A stretch of DNA of 64,000 nt from Callorhinchus milii (taxonomy: Eukaryota): contig NW_024704743.1 in the NCBI RefSeq assembly GCF_018977255.1, forward strand, positions 47,308,001 through 47,372,000. Reading direction: 5' to 3'. The notes under the pieces are model-generated. The model was not told the DNA's origin, ran no database searches, and saw only the letters and a program-made list of their open reading frames with translations. The position numbers and the translations under genes were made by a program. Below, in pieces: positions 1 through 11,995 of the stretch (position 1 is the stretch's first letter; each line of letters begins with the position of its first letter).

Positions 1-3000
1 GACAGGGTTCTTCTGCACTTGCTTTGTTTTGTGTCAAAATCTGACCAGCAGCCTAAAACGAATCCTAAATGTCCACCTTCTCATTCATTGTTGTTTTAGA
101 ACCACCTGAAATTGTCATCTTTTCATATCAAATGCAAGGATTATTATTATTATTAAGAGTGTCCCCGAAGGGAGCGTTTGATTTCCATGTTTTTTTAGAG
201 CAGCCTGAGGTGATATACTGTAATAAAACCCAGCAGCCTTCAAATGATAAGCATCATTCAAAATTGACCATAATCAACGTTGTAAATTACAAAGTGTGGT
301 GCTTCTTTAATATAACTTCAAAAGGTAATCAGCTGCCTTCATCAGCTGGTATTTTTAGACTGTTTAGAGCTCTATTTTGTTCCATGAGAGGTGGACAAAT
401 GGCTTTACCCCATGCTAAAACACTTCCAAACTCTTTCGACACATCTTTTGCCAAGGTCTAATTGGATTACTGAGGATTTCTGCTATTGCTAACTTGCTTT
501 GTAAACCCTTCATCATCTTTTCATTCAGTGAGATTATTCCTAGGAAGCAATTTGAATTTCCCAATGGATAAAAAGTCCCAGATCCCGTGACAGAAAGTAC
601 AGTGGAAAGGATTTTACTTTTATCCAATAATTACAACAATGATCTACTCAACAATCTGGACATTTTGTTGAGACAGATACATTCAGAGTGAACAACAGGA
701 CTTTTGCTGATACATTAATCAAAGAATGAAAATTTCATTTGTTCCGTTAAAATAGTATATGCAGGGTGTACAATGTCAGCCATTCATCCATTTACTATTG
801 CTGCATTTCAAAAACTCTTTTAAATTCAAAGTCAGCTGCTTTGAGTAAACTACTAATGTAATATCAGCTTTAACCATGACAGGAACAATATATGGCATTG
901 GTAATTCCAAATGAACTGTGCCTTGTTCCATGAAGATGCCATTTTCACTGGGATACTTTGTCTTAAAAATACCAAAGAAGAAAGACTCAAAAATTGAAAC
1001 CTGCACTGTGGAAGCATTGAACTGGGTGATTGAATCAGTTATCAACATCGATAGCTCTAGTGGATCTAGTTGTGCCTCGTCCTTCATCTGGTGAAAGATT
1101 ATTCTAGCTGACCTGAAATCCTTTTAAACAAGCCGGGCAATCAAAATGACATTCAAGGAATAATGAGTGCTGCCTGAAGCTTATATTAAAATATATTTTG
1201 GCTGAAGGTGGAAATATTTTGCTGCTAAATTGCAATTTGGATGCTTTCAATGTTCATGTAGTTCTCAGAACATTTTCCTGAAGTTTGTTGGAATGTGACA
1301 CGCGAATTATAGAACAGTTGTGAATGGACGAGAAAGCTATCCTTCTGCCACTAATGAGTATGTTTTTCATTAACGATGAGTAGAGGCCATGCAGCGGATC
1401 ATTTTTTTAAAAACCACTAAAGGCCTTTTATTCCGAGATGACAGCTCTTCAAAACAATCTGGATTTGCAGCCCTAATGGAGAGCTACTGCTGGAAAAGTG
1501 CTTTATTATGTGTTATGTAGGTAAATGTTCCACATAATGTTGACAGATCTAACCACTTTTTTATTGATCTTATCTTTTCAGGAAATGCCATTGAGGAATT
1601 ATGCTTTTTATGTGTGTTATATTAACTGTTATAAAAAAAATTCATGTTTCCAACAGGCCATTTGTTAGATATTAATTAAAGAATGCACAAGAGTTATGGC
1701 TAGAGTTATGAAGATTGTCTGTTAAAATTTGAATAAGGTGATTTATTTCATACAAATACAAATCAGATTTTGATGTATCATCTTGTAAAATCAGGTTGTG
1801 TTTGCCACCATCTTCCTTTTAGATCCCAACACATGCATAAGAAGTTAGATGCACGGTCAGGCTGTGGCAGTTACAATTATCTTTCATTGAAAGTTAATAT
1901 CAACATCATTCACGTGAATCATACAAATACTGAGTAATGAATTGCTGAAGGAAATTATGTCTATCATGGTTAAGAAAGTGCCATGTATTCAGCTGTCTGT
2001 GTGGATGGTGTAAATGACCCCTTTTGCTAAAACCTAACAAAGGAATGTTATTTCCATAACAGAAATGTTGAGAATTAACTTTATTTCTTTTACCTGTATT
2101 TCTTTTCAGTACATTTCTATCCTTAGCAATTAACAAATTCTAAAATTCGATTAAACACTTCTTTGGTCTGTGATCATCAGGATTTATTGCTGATGAATGA
2201 ATATATAGGAGTTTTGATCAACTTTTAACAACAACAACAAATTATATTTGTATTGTGCCATATACTTTGAGAGGACGTCCCTAGCTATTTTGGGAAAGAA
2301 CCAGAAAATAGACTAGAGTAACAATCTTAAGTTTTGAGTGATGAGTAAATATTATATTTCTATTTAATACTTTGATTGTGTTCTTTCCAAAGCTTTCTCC
2401 AAATACAGTTAAAATTGCTCCTTTGGTCGCATTATAAGTTAGGCATGAAAAAATGGGTCACTTACGGATGCTGTCTTGTCACCATGTTGCATGTGTGAGT
2501 GTGGAGGAGGTAATATCAACAAAGTCTCCTGTGCATATTGTGTATAATAATAATACTTGCATTTAATATAATGTTGGGAGGATGTCTAACAGCTCTTTCA
2601 CAGGATACATTGTAAAGTGTAGTGACTACACAAATTGGCAGCAGCCAGTTTGCAAACAGTAATGTCCCACAAACAGACATTAAGTGAGTGACTAATTTTA
2701 CTGGGGGAGTGTTCGACGAGGACTTCAAGGGAATCTCCCTTCCCATTTTGTGGGACACTGCTGTGTGCATTTGGCTGCTACGTTTTGCCCACAAAATATA
2801 CAGTCAATTCACTTTACACTATATTCTGTGAAGCACTTTGAGACATGTAGAAGTTGCGATAAGTCGTTATATCAAATGCAAGGATTATTATTATTATATA
2901 GTACTGTATCACAACATCAAAACATCTCAAGAGTTTCACAGGATTTTCAGGAAAGTTACTGTATATTTGTAGGCAATGTGCAGGAAGTGATATCAGTGGT

Positions 3001-6000
3001 AACCTGACGACCCATAGTTGGCCATTTTATAGTGCAGGAACTGGCTTGTCAGCACTGGAAGCCAGATATACCTTGCTTAGTTAGTGGTGGGTGCACAGCA
3101 TTCTCCCACGGCTACTTTACATGGAAGGGAGCAACAACAGGATTGTCCAGAATTTGCAATCCTCTTTATAAGAACAGCACATGCTCAACCCTTATCCTAT
3201 AATGCAAGATTATATAGTTTTTATTAATGAAGCCAATTGAACATATCTCAGACATGTATTCTGCCTTGTTGCCAAAAAGTTTACCTCAGAATTAAAACTG
3301 TTTAAAGTTTTGATTTTGGGGGGAAAAATGATCTGGTTTTGCCTATTTATTTTGCAGTCTTAAAGACTGAACATGGTTTAAATTTGTAACTTTTGTTGAA
3401 TTGTATCCTCCCATAACCCTTGACTGTGCAAAATGTCAAATTAACATAAAACTGAATAATCGTTTTGGTATAAAGCAAGTCTGTTTTTCAACGATTAAAA
3501 GAGGCCTTCAGGAATCATTTTCTGCAGTTTTTTCTCCGTCTCGCTTTCCACACCCAGCAGCAACTCTCAACCTTCTTTACCATTTTATTTCATGTGTGAA
3601 TGTGGACGATAAGTGTTGATGAACTGTTCACCCACGAGGCCTATCATAGCCAAGTGTGATCCTTTATTCACTTGACATATATTCCAGTCGTTCAGTCAGA
3701 TATGCACTGGATTTGAGGCAAAAAGCTTCTGGTGGTCAAATCCTAGTGTGTCCCCTCAGCCCTTTTCTGGGTAATAAAATGTCCTTGGAAGGAAGGTATG
3801 TGGGGTTTCCTTGTAGCTTAACTGGCTCTGAAGAGACATGTCTGATTTAAAAAAGTATGCAGGTCTGCACTAATGCATAAGTCCTCACAATTTGTGTGGC
3901 CTAGCTAGACAAGTATTGTGTTATTATTATTACACATATGCAGTTCAAGCAAGGGTCACTGGATGGTAATCAGGAGCAAGAATATGCAACTAATTTTCCA
4001 ATCTCTAGCACAGGAACAATGAGGCCAAATAGTCCCCAGTGAGATTGGCTAATTCAATACAGCCTAATATAATCGTTTGATTTGGCGATTTATCACATTT
4101 TCAAAATGTCTCTAATAGCTTTAACGGACTGCATTTTGTAGGTAAACAAGACAGCCAATTTGTGCACAGAAATGTCCCACAAACAGCCCTGAAATGGATA
4201 ACCAACTTTATCTGAAGAATTGCTGGACAGGATTCTGGAAGAAAACCCCTTTCTTTTTTCCAAATAGCACCATGGAATCTTTAACAATGACCTGACCAGG
4301 CAAGACAGGTTCTCTGTTCAACATCTCACCTGAAGGACAGCACTCACAATAATGTAGCACTCCCCCCACATTGCATTGGAGTGTTAGCCCAGATTATGAG
4401 CTCATAATCTGGATGTGGGACTTGAACCCATAACTTTCTGATTCAGAACAAAAGTTCAAGCCAAGCTGATACCTTTGTGTTTAGCAGTCAATTTCGGGTT
4501 ATTTATACAGGAATTTAGAAACACAAGAAGGCCATTTGGCCCTGTAACCCGCTGACAGTAAATTCACCACCTCATCTAATCTCACTTTCCTGGCTTCTCA
4601 CAATATCCTTTAATATTTCAACAATTTTCTACGTCTCTTACTTAAATACCTCTAATTATTTCTTAACTATGGTTTTCTGCAAGACGAAATTCATTCTTGC
4701 CTCTGTCCTAACCCATGTTGCCTTAAATTTAAGGTCATATCCTCCAGTATTTAATCGCCCACTTGCTTGAGAGATCCATATCTACAGCTTTTCAGTTGTC
4801 AGTATTTTGCAGAGGCTCAAACAGATGTAAGATTTTTTTAGGATCAAGAAAAAGCCCAACAAGTTTATCCCATTAGGATACTCAATACGAGTTAAACATC
4901 TTTTCATTATATCGCTCAACACCTTCTGTCTGTTGCCTACCCTAGGTGGCTTCCCAGTTACACTGTCTGATTCAATAGAGATCTAATTTCACAAGTCTAT
5001 TTCACTTAAAGTGAATAGGGCCAGTTTACTGGAATGTTTTCACTTTAAGTGTAACAGACTACTTGCAGGCTGGTGAGTTACTGTACTTCTAAATATCTGC
5101 TTTGCAAAGCTAGAAGATAATTTGTTTTTTGGTTAATTGTTGAGTTAAACAATTTAACTTAGCTCTCAAATTCCATTATCTTTTCAAGATGGCTTTTAAC
5201 ACCAAAAATAAAAACAATACAGTTTATACAATAAACTCTTTCCCCTTCTGTTATGAACAATATGAATTAACTATCGATTTATGGTTCTCCAAGACTGTTA
5301 TATTAGTTGGTGTTAAAAAGTTACACAAATCTTTTTTGATTTTGCAAATCCATTCAAGCTAGAATACAAGTGGTATGTTTTGTAAGTTACAAATACCAGT
5401 TTGTACTTTTGTGACAATTGCTTACAGGGATTTTCTGAATGTGACTCAAATCCAGGTATGCTTTCGGATTTGAGTACTAAAATGTGAAACGATCATTAAA
5501 TGCACTTAGGCATTATAAGCGGTTGGTGCTGTGGTCTGCTGAAGCCCATTGCTTTGGGAGAGCTTCTAGTTTTAGTACTAATTGCATCGCAGGTTGGTTA
5601 TGGATACAGATTCATAATTGTTTTGAAATGCACGCTATGTAAATCAGCCAAACAGGTCAGCGTTAAAACAAACTATTTGCAAAGTACAAAGTACTCTCTT
5701 GTACTTGCATGTTACTGCAAAGGAATCTAAACTCAATTTCACAAAACAGATTTTAATCTTGGCAACCTTTGTAACCCACTGAAGTTTTTTTAAACAAACA
5801 TGGAATCGGGGTTTGTGATGCAAATGATAAAATAATTATAGATTGTATTTTTGAGGCAGTTGACAACTCTATCCCTTGAACAGGGTTAAATGAGGTAACA
5901 AATGTAGTTGTAATTTTGTAGATTTATGTGTTCACTGTGCTACTGGACAGCAGTTTCATTTTTACCATTTCTTTAACTTTTCTGCAGTTGCATTGTTAGT

Positions 6001-6133
6001 GTAGTATGCATGGTCAAGCTATGTACACAATTTTGATGAAAGGTTGCATTTCTTTTCCATGCATAAATTATTCAGACTGAATATTTTTGTAGGCATTTTT
6101 GCTTTCAAATACAATTAATCTGTTCGTACAATT

Positions 6134-6172
6134 ATTAAAAGTATTTTTCAGACGTGGTTTTGTCTCTGTGTG
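6134..6172 (+). terminator. Candidate poly(A) site of an unidentified plus-strand transcript
   Basis: ATTAAA (6134-6139), then ttttca and GU-rich gtggttttgtctctgtgtg; ~1 kb of repeat-free U-rich sequence upstream. Confidence 0.35.
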
Positions 6173-6457
6173 ATTAACTTCCCCCTACACGTATAAACAA
6201 TTTTTAAAAAATCTTAATTCCTATTTCTATCTATTTAACAATTGAAACTCTGTTAATTGTATCAATGTATTTTCCCAATAGTCTGGAGTGTGTGGTTATG
6301 TATTACATTGAGTAGAAGAACAGGGATCTGAGCACATGATCAGTTGTTTAAACAGAAGATGGTCTAGCCTCAGGAAGGACAGTGACTTTCGCAAGGCTAT
6401 AGGCAGCAACCGTGAGGAAATCCATAACAATTGTTTAACCTAATCAAAAAATCAGTC

Positions 6458-6795
6458 AGACTCTCCTGGTGGTTCAATAGGTAAATGCAGCTTTGCTACT
6501 GAGTCATAACTAAACAGGAAGGATTCAATTTCTGATCCGCGTCCCCACAATTTTATTTCAGAAGTTTTAAAACTCCTTCTTTGGTGGGCTACAGAGAAAC
6601 AAAAGTCTCAATGTGGTCCCACTCCTGATTTCTACTCATTGACTTGTATACTGAGTGGATATTTGACAAGAATGATATCAGGATTAGCTCTGATGTTTCC
6701 ATAGTGTAATACTGCATCACTACTCACTTGGTGAGGTACTAGAGAGCTCCTGGCACCTGTGGAACTGTTACCATGTTAACATCAAAAGGGAAAAA
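6458..6795 (+). mobile_element. Ancient SINE-like repeat, unnamed (related pieces ~3940-4070, 10355-10520, 22440-22600, 60790-61075, all -)
   Basis: Shared motifs ctcctgat..tcca(g)tgac and gaggtac(t/c)agag..gtg(g)aactg; heavily diverged. Confidence 0.4.
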
Positions 6796-7018
6796 TCAAT
6801 AACTTTATTACTTTCCCATGTCAATACTACCCAGTAAGTATTTTACTGAGGTACAAAGTCATGGCAATTAGGTTCTGAATTGAGGCTCCTTACGTTCATT
6901 TTGTATAGGAGTCTCACAGCTATAGAGAACTGGATTTCTCCAAAGGTCAAATGAGAATTGGAATGGACCGATACCATATAGTGCAAAGGTTGTTTCAAGA
7001 TCAACCATAGTTTAAAAT

Positions 7019-7128
7019 CGCCCACAAAATATACAGTCAATTCACTTTACAGTATATTCTGTGAAGTGCTTTGACACATCTTGAAGATGTGATAAGGTGA
7101 TATATCAAATGCAAGGATTATTATTATA
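7019..7128 (+). mobile_element. SINE 3' fragment (similar fragments near 125-152, 2746-2898, 10235-10338, 30417-30527, 31104-31218, 38026-38100, 51755-51940, 60138-60290)
   Basis: cgcccacaaaatatacagtcaattcactttacag...atcaaatgcaaggattatta. Confidence 0.8.
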
Positions 7129-7545
7129 TTATAAAGCACTAGTCTAAGGGTTATCGGGCTGTAATTTGTATGTTTACAGCTCATGTTTCATCAGATGACT
7201 TAATACACTGTGAATATTTATAAGTATGATAAATTATACACCATCGCTGCTTAGGAAATTATCCTGTAATTCCCTGCCCCAGCCTAAATAACCATGTATA
7301 GAATAATATGCCACGCAGTTTTATTAGTAGTCAGGAATAAGGTAAGAGCTAGGATATCATGGAACATGACATGTAAGGAACATTAGTGGTGAGAGATAGA
7401 TTGGAACGGTTCAATAAAATTAGAGGAGTACAAAAGATGAGCCATAATATTGAAGGATAATTTAATTTTCTATTGATAAATTGGGGGGACTTTAGTGGGA
7501 AGAACAGAATAAATAGTTCATGGAGTTTCTAGTTGATCTTCCTAG

Positions 7546-8122
7546 CTCTTCCCTCACAAGCTGCAGATTTTTCAGACCTCTTCTGCTCATGTCCTCTCCT
7601 GCACCAAGCTCTGTGATTCTATCACCCGCATCCTCGCCTGTCTCCACTGGCTCCCCATCCACCAGGGGATAGAGTTCAAAATCCTCGTTCTTGCTTTCAA
7701 AAGTGTCCACAACCTCGCTGCTAATTCCATACTGACCTGGATTCTGGCCTGTCCCACCATCGGAACTATCACCATCACTTTTGGAACTCCATCCCACAGT
7801 TCCTTCATCTCGTTCCTGCCTTGTTTCCTTCAATGCCCATCTCAAAACCTACCTCTTCAACCACGCCTTCGGTCACCCTCCTACCCCTATTCTCCCTGCC
7901 CTCCAGCTCTCCTGTTCCCAACCACCAGCTCAGGTGCAAATCCTTGACTGTCCAACGCCTTGGGATATCCTCCCAATGTGAAAGGCACTATATAAATGTA
8001 ATTTGTTGTTGTTCTTGATTTATACCATACCCCCAGCTCGGGTGACAAACCAGGACTCTCAAGTGCCTCGGGATGTCCTCCCAATGTGAAAGGCGCAACA
8101 TAAATGTAAATTTGTATTGTAT
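7546..8122 (+). mobile_element. L2 LINE 3' fragment plus a second short tail
   Basis: ITRILACLHWLP..IEFKIL-type motif; (TTG)n tail at ~8003-8012. Confidence 0.8.
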
Positions 8123-10563
8123 TCTCTTAAGCACAGCAAAAGGTTTTCACATTTGTCAGACACTTGTCTGTCTTAAAAAAGCAACCATTTATGATAACTT
8201 CATTGGCATGAAGAGGATAAACACTGTTATGGTGTTATGCTTTGAGATGTCATTAAACAATAAATAATCATCCAGGCTTGATAATCTCATTTCATTCAAG
8301 GACACAATATTGCTCCATATCTGGACAGACTCTTCTATTTCCTGCTGAATTAATGCAGGAAAAGACTTGTCAACTTATAAATAATAATAATCCTTACATT
8401 TGGTTTAGCACCTTTCACACCAGAAGGATGTCTGAAAGGGCTTCACAGGATATCCTGTAAAGCGGTTTGACTGTATATTGTAGGTGAACGTGGCAGCCAA
8501 TGGCCCACAAATTATCCTTCACTTGTGGCCTTCATCTTCTCGCTCTATCACAATCTTTCACATCTCTTTTATTTTATTGATACTTCTATAGAAGTTTCTC
8601 CTCCAACTATTCCTCCCTTGTTAATCACAAGCTCCAAAAGTGTTGTCCTAAATATTTTACACGAGCAACTTGCATTTATATAGTGCTTTTCATGTAGGAT
8701 AACATCTCGGGAAACATTACAATGATGGGTTCGGACACTGAGTGGTGGGGGGAGAGGGGAGATATGGTCGTAGAGGTAGCTTTTAATACAGGACTCACTG
8801 CTTGTGTTCAAAAATATCTCATCACACTGTCTCCTCCATTCAACTAATGCAATATCTTTGAGGATTTAAAACTGTAGAATTCCTCAAGTCTAGGGTTTCA
8901 GTTCCTCCTGCAATCTACTGACTGTTATACCCAATTTAAAAACATCCCTAACTTGTTAGTTCCTTTATTTATGCTGGCAGGCCCACTTTCACAACTCCCA
9001 GTTTCCAATGCAGTAGAAAGATTTAAAGTGCCACTGGTTGCAATCTCTGCTGGAGAGAAACTGGTGTGAAGATTCCAGGGTCTTCAATAGTATAATTTAC
9101 TGGTGAGGTAACAACAAATGAGTCAAGGATTACAATGAGAGCCAGCAATAGCAAAAGCCTCCAATTGTGAGTATTATCAAAAAAAAGTGCTAAATATATT
9201 ATTGATATTGTTATTGTTGACAATTGACAAGCAGCATAGGACAGATACTTTTTGTTTCATGATCCTAAGGGAATGAAATAAACAGAAGTGATCTGAAATG
9301 CGTTGCTTAAAAATAAAACTGACAGCCCCTTTGTATTCCAGATATATCACTGTGCCAATGACATGTACTGTGGTGAATATATTCAGTATGACAGTTTTCA
9401 TTGGCAGCATAGTGTAATCTCATACTCTGCCCTCACATTGTCTGGTGATCTGCTTCAGTACTATCCCGTTCAATCCACTCATTCTTTGTTCAGCAGCTCA
9501 GGACATTTTTCTGTAAGGAAATCCCCTACCACAACTACATGCAGTGATTTTATTTTACACATCCTGCAGCTGCACCAAGTGCTCAGCTGCAGTTACTTCA
9601 ACATTTGTTTCATTGTTCACACTGTTTATTTTGTTAAGGATTGCATTATAATTTATCCTTTCACGGATGTAATCTCTAGTTTCTGCTTTGTTAGGCTCTC
9701 CTTCGCAATTACAAATACCATTTTCTACAATTAACAAAGAACCTCATGCTTCCACCCGTCTGCAAAAACATTTATTTTTCAAATTGCAATCAAATGCAAA
9801 TCAATACTCCATTTTTATCATATCTCAATATTACCCTTATAATAGACTGAATTGATATATTATAAATAATATATTTATGATTAATACAGATCAACATTTA
9901 GGCAAAATGTCACCCCTCTTTGGACTGACATTTCGGATAAACGAGGATCTGGCCTAGTCAGAGTTTAAAGCCATTTCTAAGACATCTTGACATGATTTAT
10001 GGTTTCCTGTGGACTATAAGTGTTCCATTCTAAGTTACCGCTCTGTCAAGTTAATCATCAGTTCTTAAAGATGAGGAAAATAAAAGACGTTCTGTTAGGC
10101 TTTAATCAAGTTTGAACCACTTTCACTTCAGACGGAGACTGAAGAATTATTCCCTAGCAAGAGCCAGCGCCTGGAGAACAAAGTAGATAGAAAAAAGGAG
10201 AAAAATATTGCAACAAAAACAAGTTTGATTTCTTCGCCCACAAAATATAGTCAATTCACTTTACAGTAAATTCGGTGAAGTGCTTTGAGACGTCTCGACG
10301 ATAAGGCGCTCTATCAAATGCAAGGATTATTATTATTTTTCTTTACCTTTTTCTTCCAATTTCTGCCCTCCTTTTTAAGATGCTGACTTTTGCTGGGCTG
10401 AGGGCAGTTCACAGGTAGTCAGTCAGTCAGTCCTCTGGTACCTCAGCTAAGTGCTCATTTTTCATGTATGAATCAACAGCCTATTCAACTTTATAAGGGA
10501 CCCATGAAATCTAAAATCAATCCTGGAGATTATTCTCTGATTGTTTGTACATTTTTTGACCTT

Positions 10564-10772
10564 TAATAATAATAATAATTCTTGCATTTATTCACTTTAT
10601 TCACTTTACAGTATATTCTGTGAAGCGCTTTGGGACGTCTTCTAGACGTCCCAAAGCGCTTCACAGAATATACTGTAAAGTGAATTGACTGTATATTTGT
10701 GGGTGAACGCGGCAGCCAATGTCCCACAAACAGTCGTGGATTGAAAATGACCAATTTATTATTGTTTTTTGC
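10564..10772 (-). mobile_element. tRNA-SINE 3' part containing a perfect inverted duplication
   Basis: SINE tail and body; 42-bp arms at 10599-10640 and 10644-10685. Confidence 0.85.
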
Positions 10773-10969
10773 TTTGGCTGTGAGAGCATCTTATATTTTG
10801 TGGGATTTGCCAAGGTCGATAAATTCCGTGCAAGCACAGAATAACTTCCTTTGTGGAAATCGTCGTGTTTTTAGACAGTAACAACTCTAAAATCCTCAGT
10901 CAAAATGCAATCAGAGGCAAGTTTTCGTATCTGTGCAACATGCATGGACAATAGAACATAGGAAATTTG

Positions 10970-11350
10970 TTTAGAAGTTTGGTTACAAGCCTCTATCGGG
11001 ATTCTGAGCTCACAGTCTAAGTTGACCCCTTAATATAGTGCTGAGTAAGCGCTGTATTGTTGGAGGTGCCGACCCTCAGATGAGATGCTAAACCAAGGTC
11101 CTGACTACCTGTTCCGGTGTATATTAAAGATCTCATGACACTATTCGAAAAGAGACCGGAGTTTTTTCCGCCCAACAGTCCCCCAAATAAAATTGGTCAC
11201 TCACTTCATCTCTGTTTGTGGGATATTGCTCCGTGCAAATTGACTGCTGTGTTTGCCTAAACAGTCACTACACTTACAGTAAATCATGTCAAGCACTTTA
11301 GGACATCCTCCTAATGTGAAAGGTACTTTATAAAATGCAATGATTATTAA
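10970..11350 (+). mobile_element. Deu-domain SINE (SacSINE1/AmnSINE1-like)
   Basis: ggaggtgcc..cagatgagatgctaaaccaaggtcc..taaagatctcatgacact resembles the DeuSINE core as I recall it; L2-like tail. Confidence 0.7.
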
Positions 11351-11635
11351 AAAGCAGGATTCACACTCCAGCTGCTCCAGAATAAAACTAATTTAAGTCC
11401 ACCGCTCAGAGGTAGCTTTGCTCACTCTGATATGGGGCCCAGGGTATAGCCTTACACTGCATTTTTGACATCACTGCACTGAAATCCTCAGTCTGAATTT
11501 GTGTTAGAGATTCAGTGAAATTTTCGAAAGAACTTTCCAAACGTTGCCATATACTTGACAGATTTACTCATTCAAAAATGATCCAGATAAGTCAGAATGA
11601 AATGAAAAGGCATTTTATTTGCAGAAACATTATGT

Positions 11636-11995
11636 GGAGTCCTGTAGCTTTGTGGTTAGAGCACTTGCCTCGCAAGCGAGAGGACTTCAGTTCAATTCCT
11701 GGGCAGGAATTGGGCAAGTTTCCTGACTCCACACACTTCTGTTTATCTAGCAATAAATAGGAATAAGTGTTAGTTGATTGGCAGATTGCTTTTTAGGGGG
11801 TAATAATCCCTTAAAAAAAATAATAATAATTTGATCATTCAATCCACGACACTGCCATGTGCAATTGGCTGTCGCATTTTGCCCACAAAAATATACAGTC
11901 AATTCATTTCACAGTATATTCCATGAAACGCTTTGAGACGTCTCGAATATGTGATAAGGTGCTATATCAAATGCAAGGATTATTATATTATTATT
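11636..11995 (+). mobile_element. Full-length tRNA-Ala-derived SINE
   Basis: Head ggagtcctgtagc..gtggttagagc (A box), gttcaattcc (B box); 3' end atcaaatgcaagg(att)n. Confidence 0.85.

Noticed and set aside
415..627. Faint resemblance to paramyxovirus matrix protein (PLG..GL..KL..PW.K)
   Set aside because: Few residues, from memory only, and downstream spacing does not fit.
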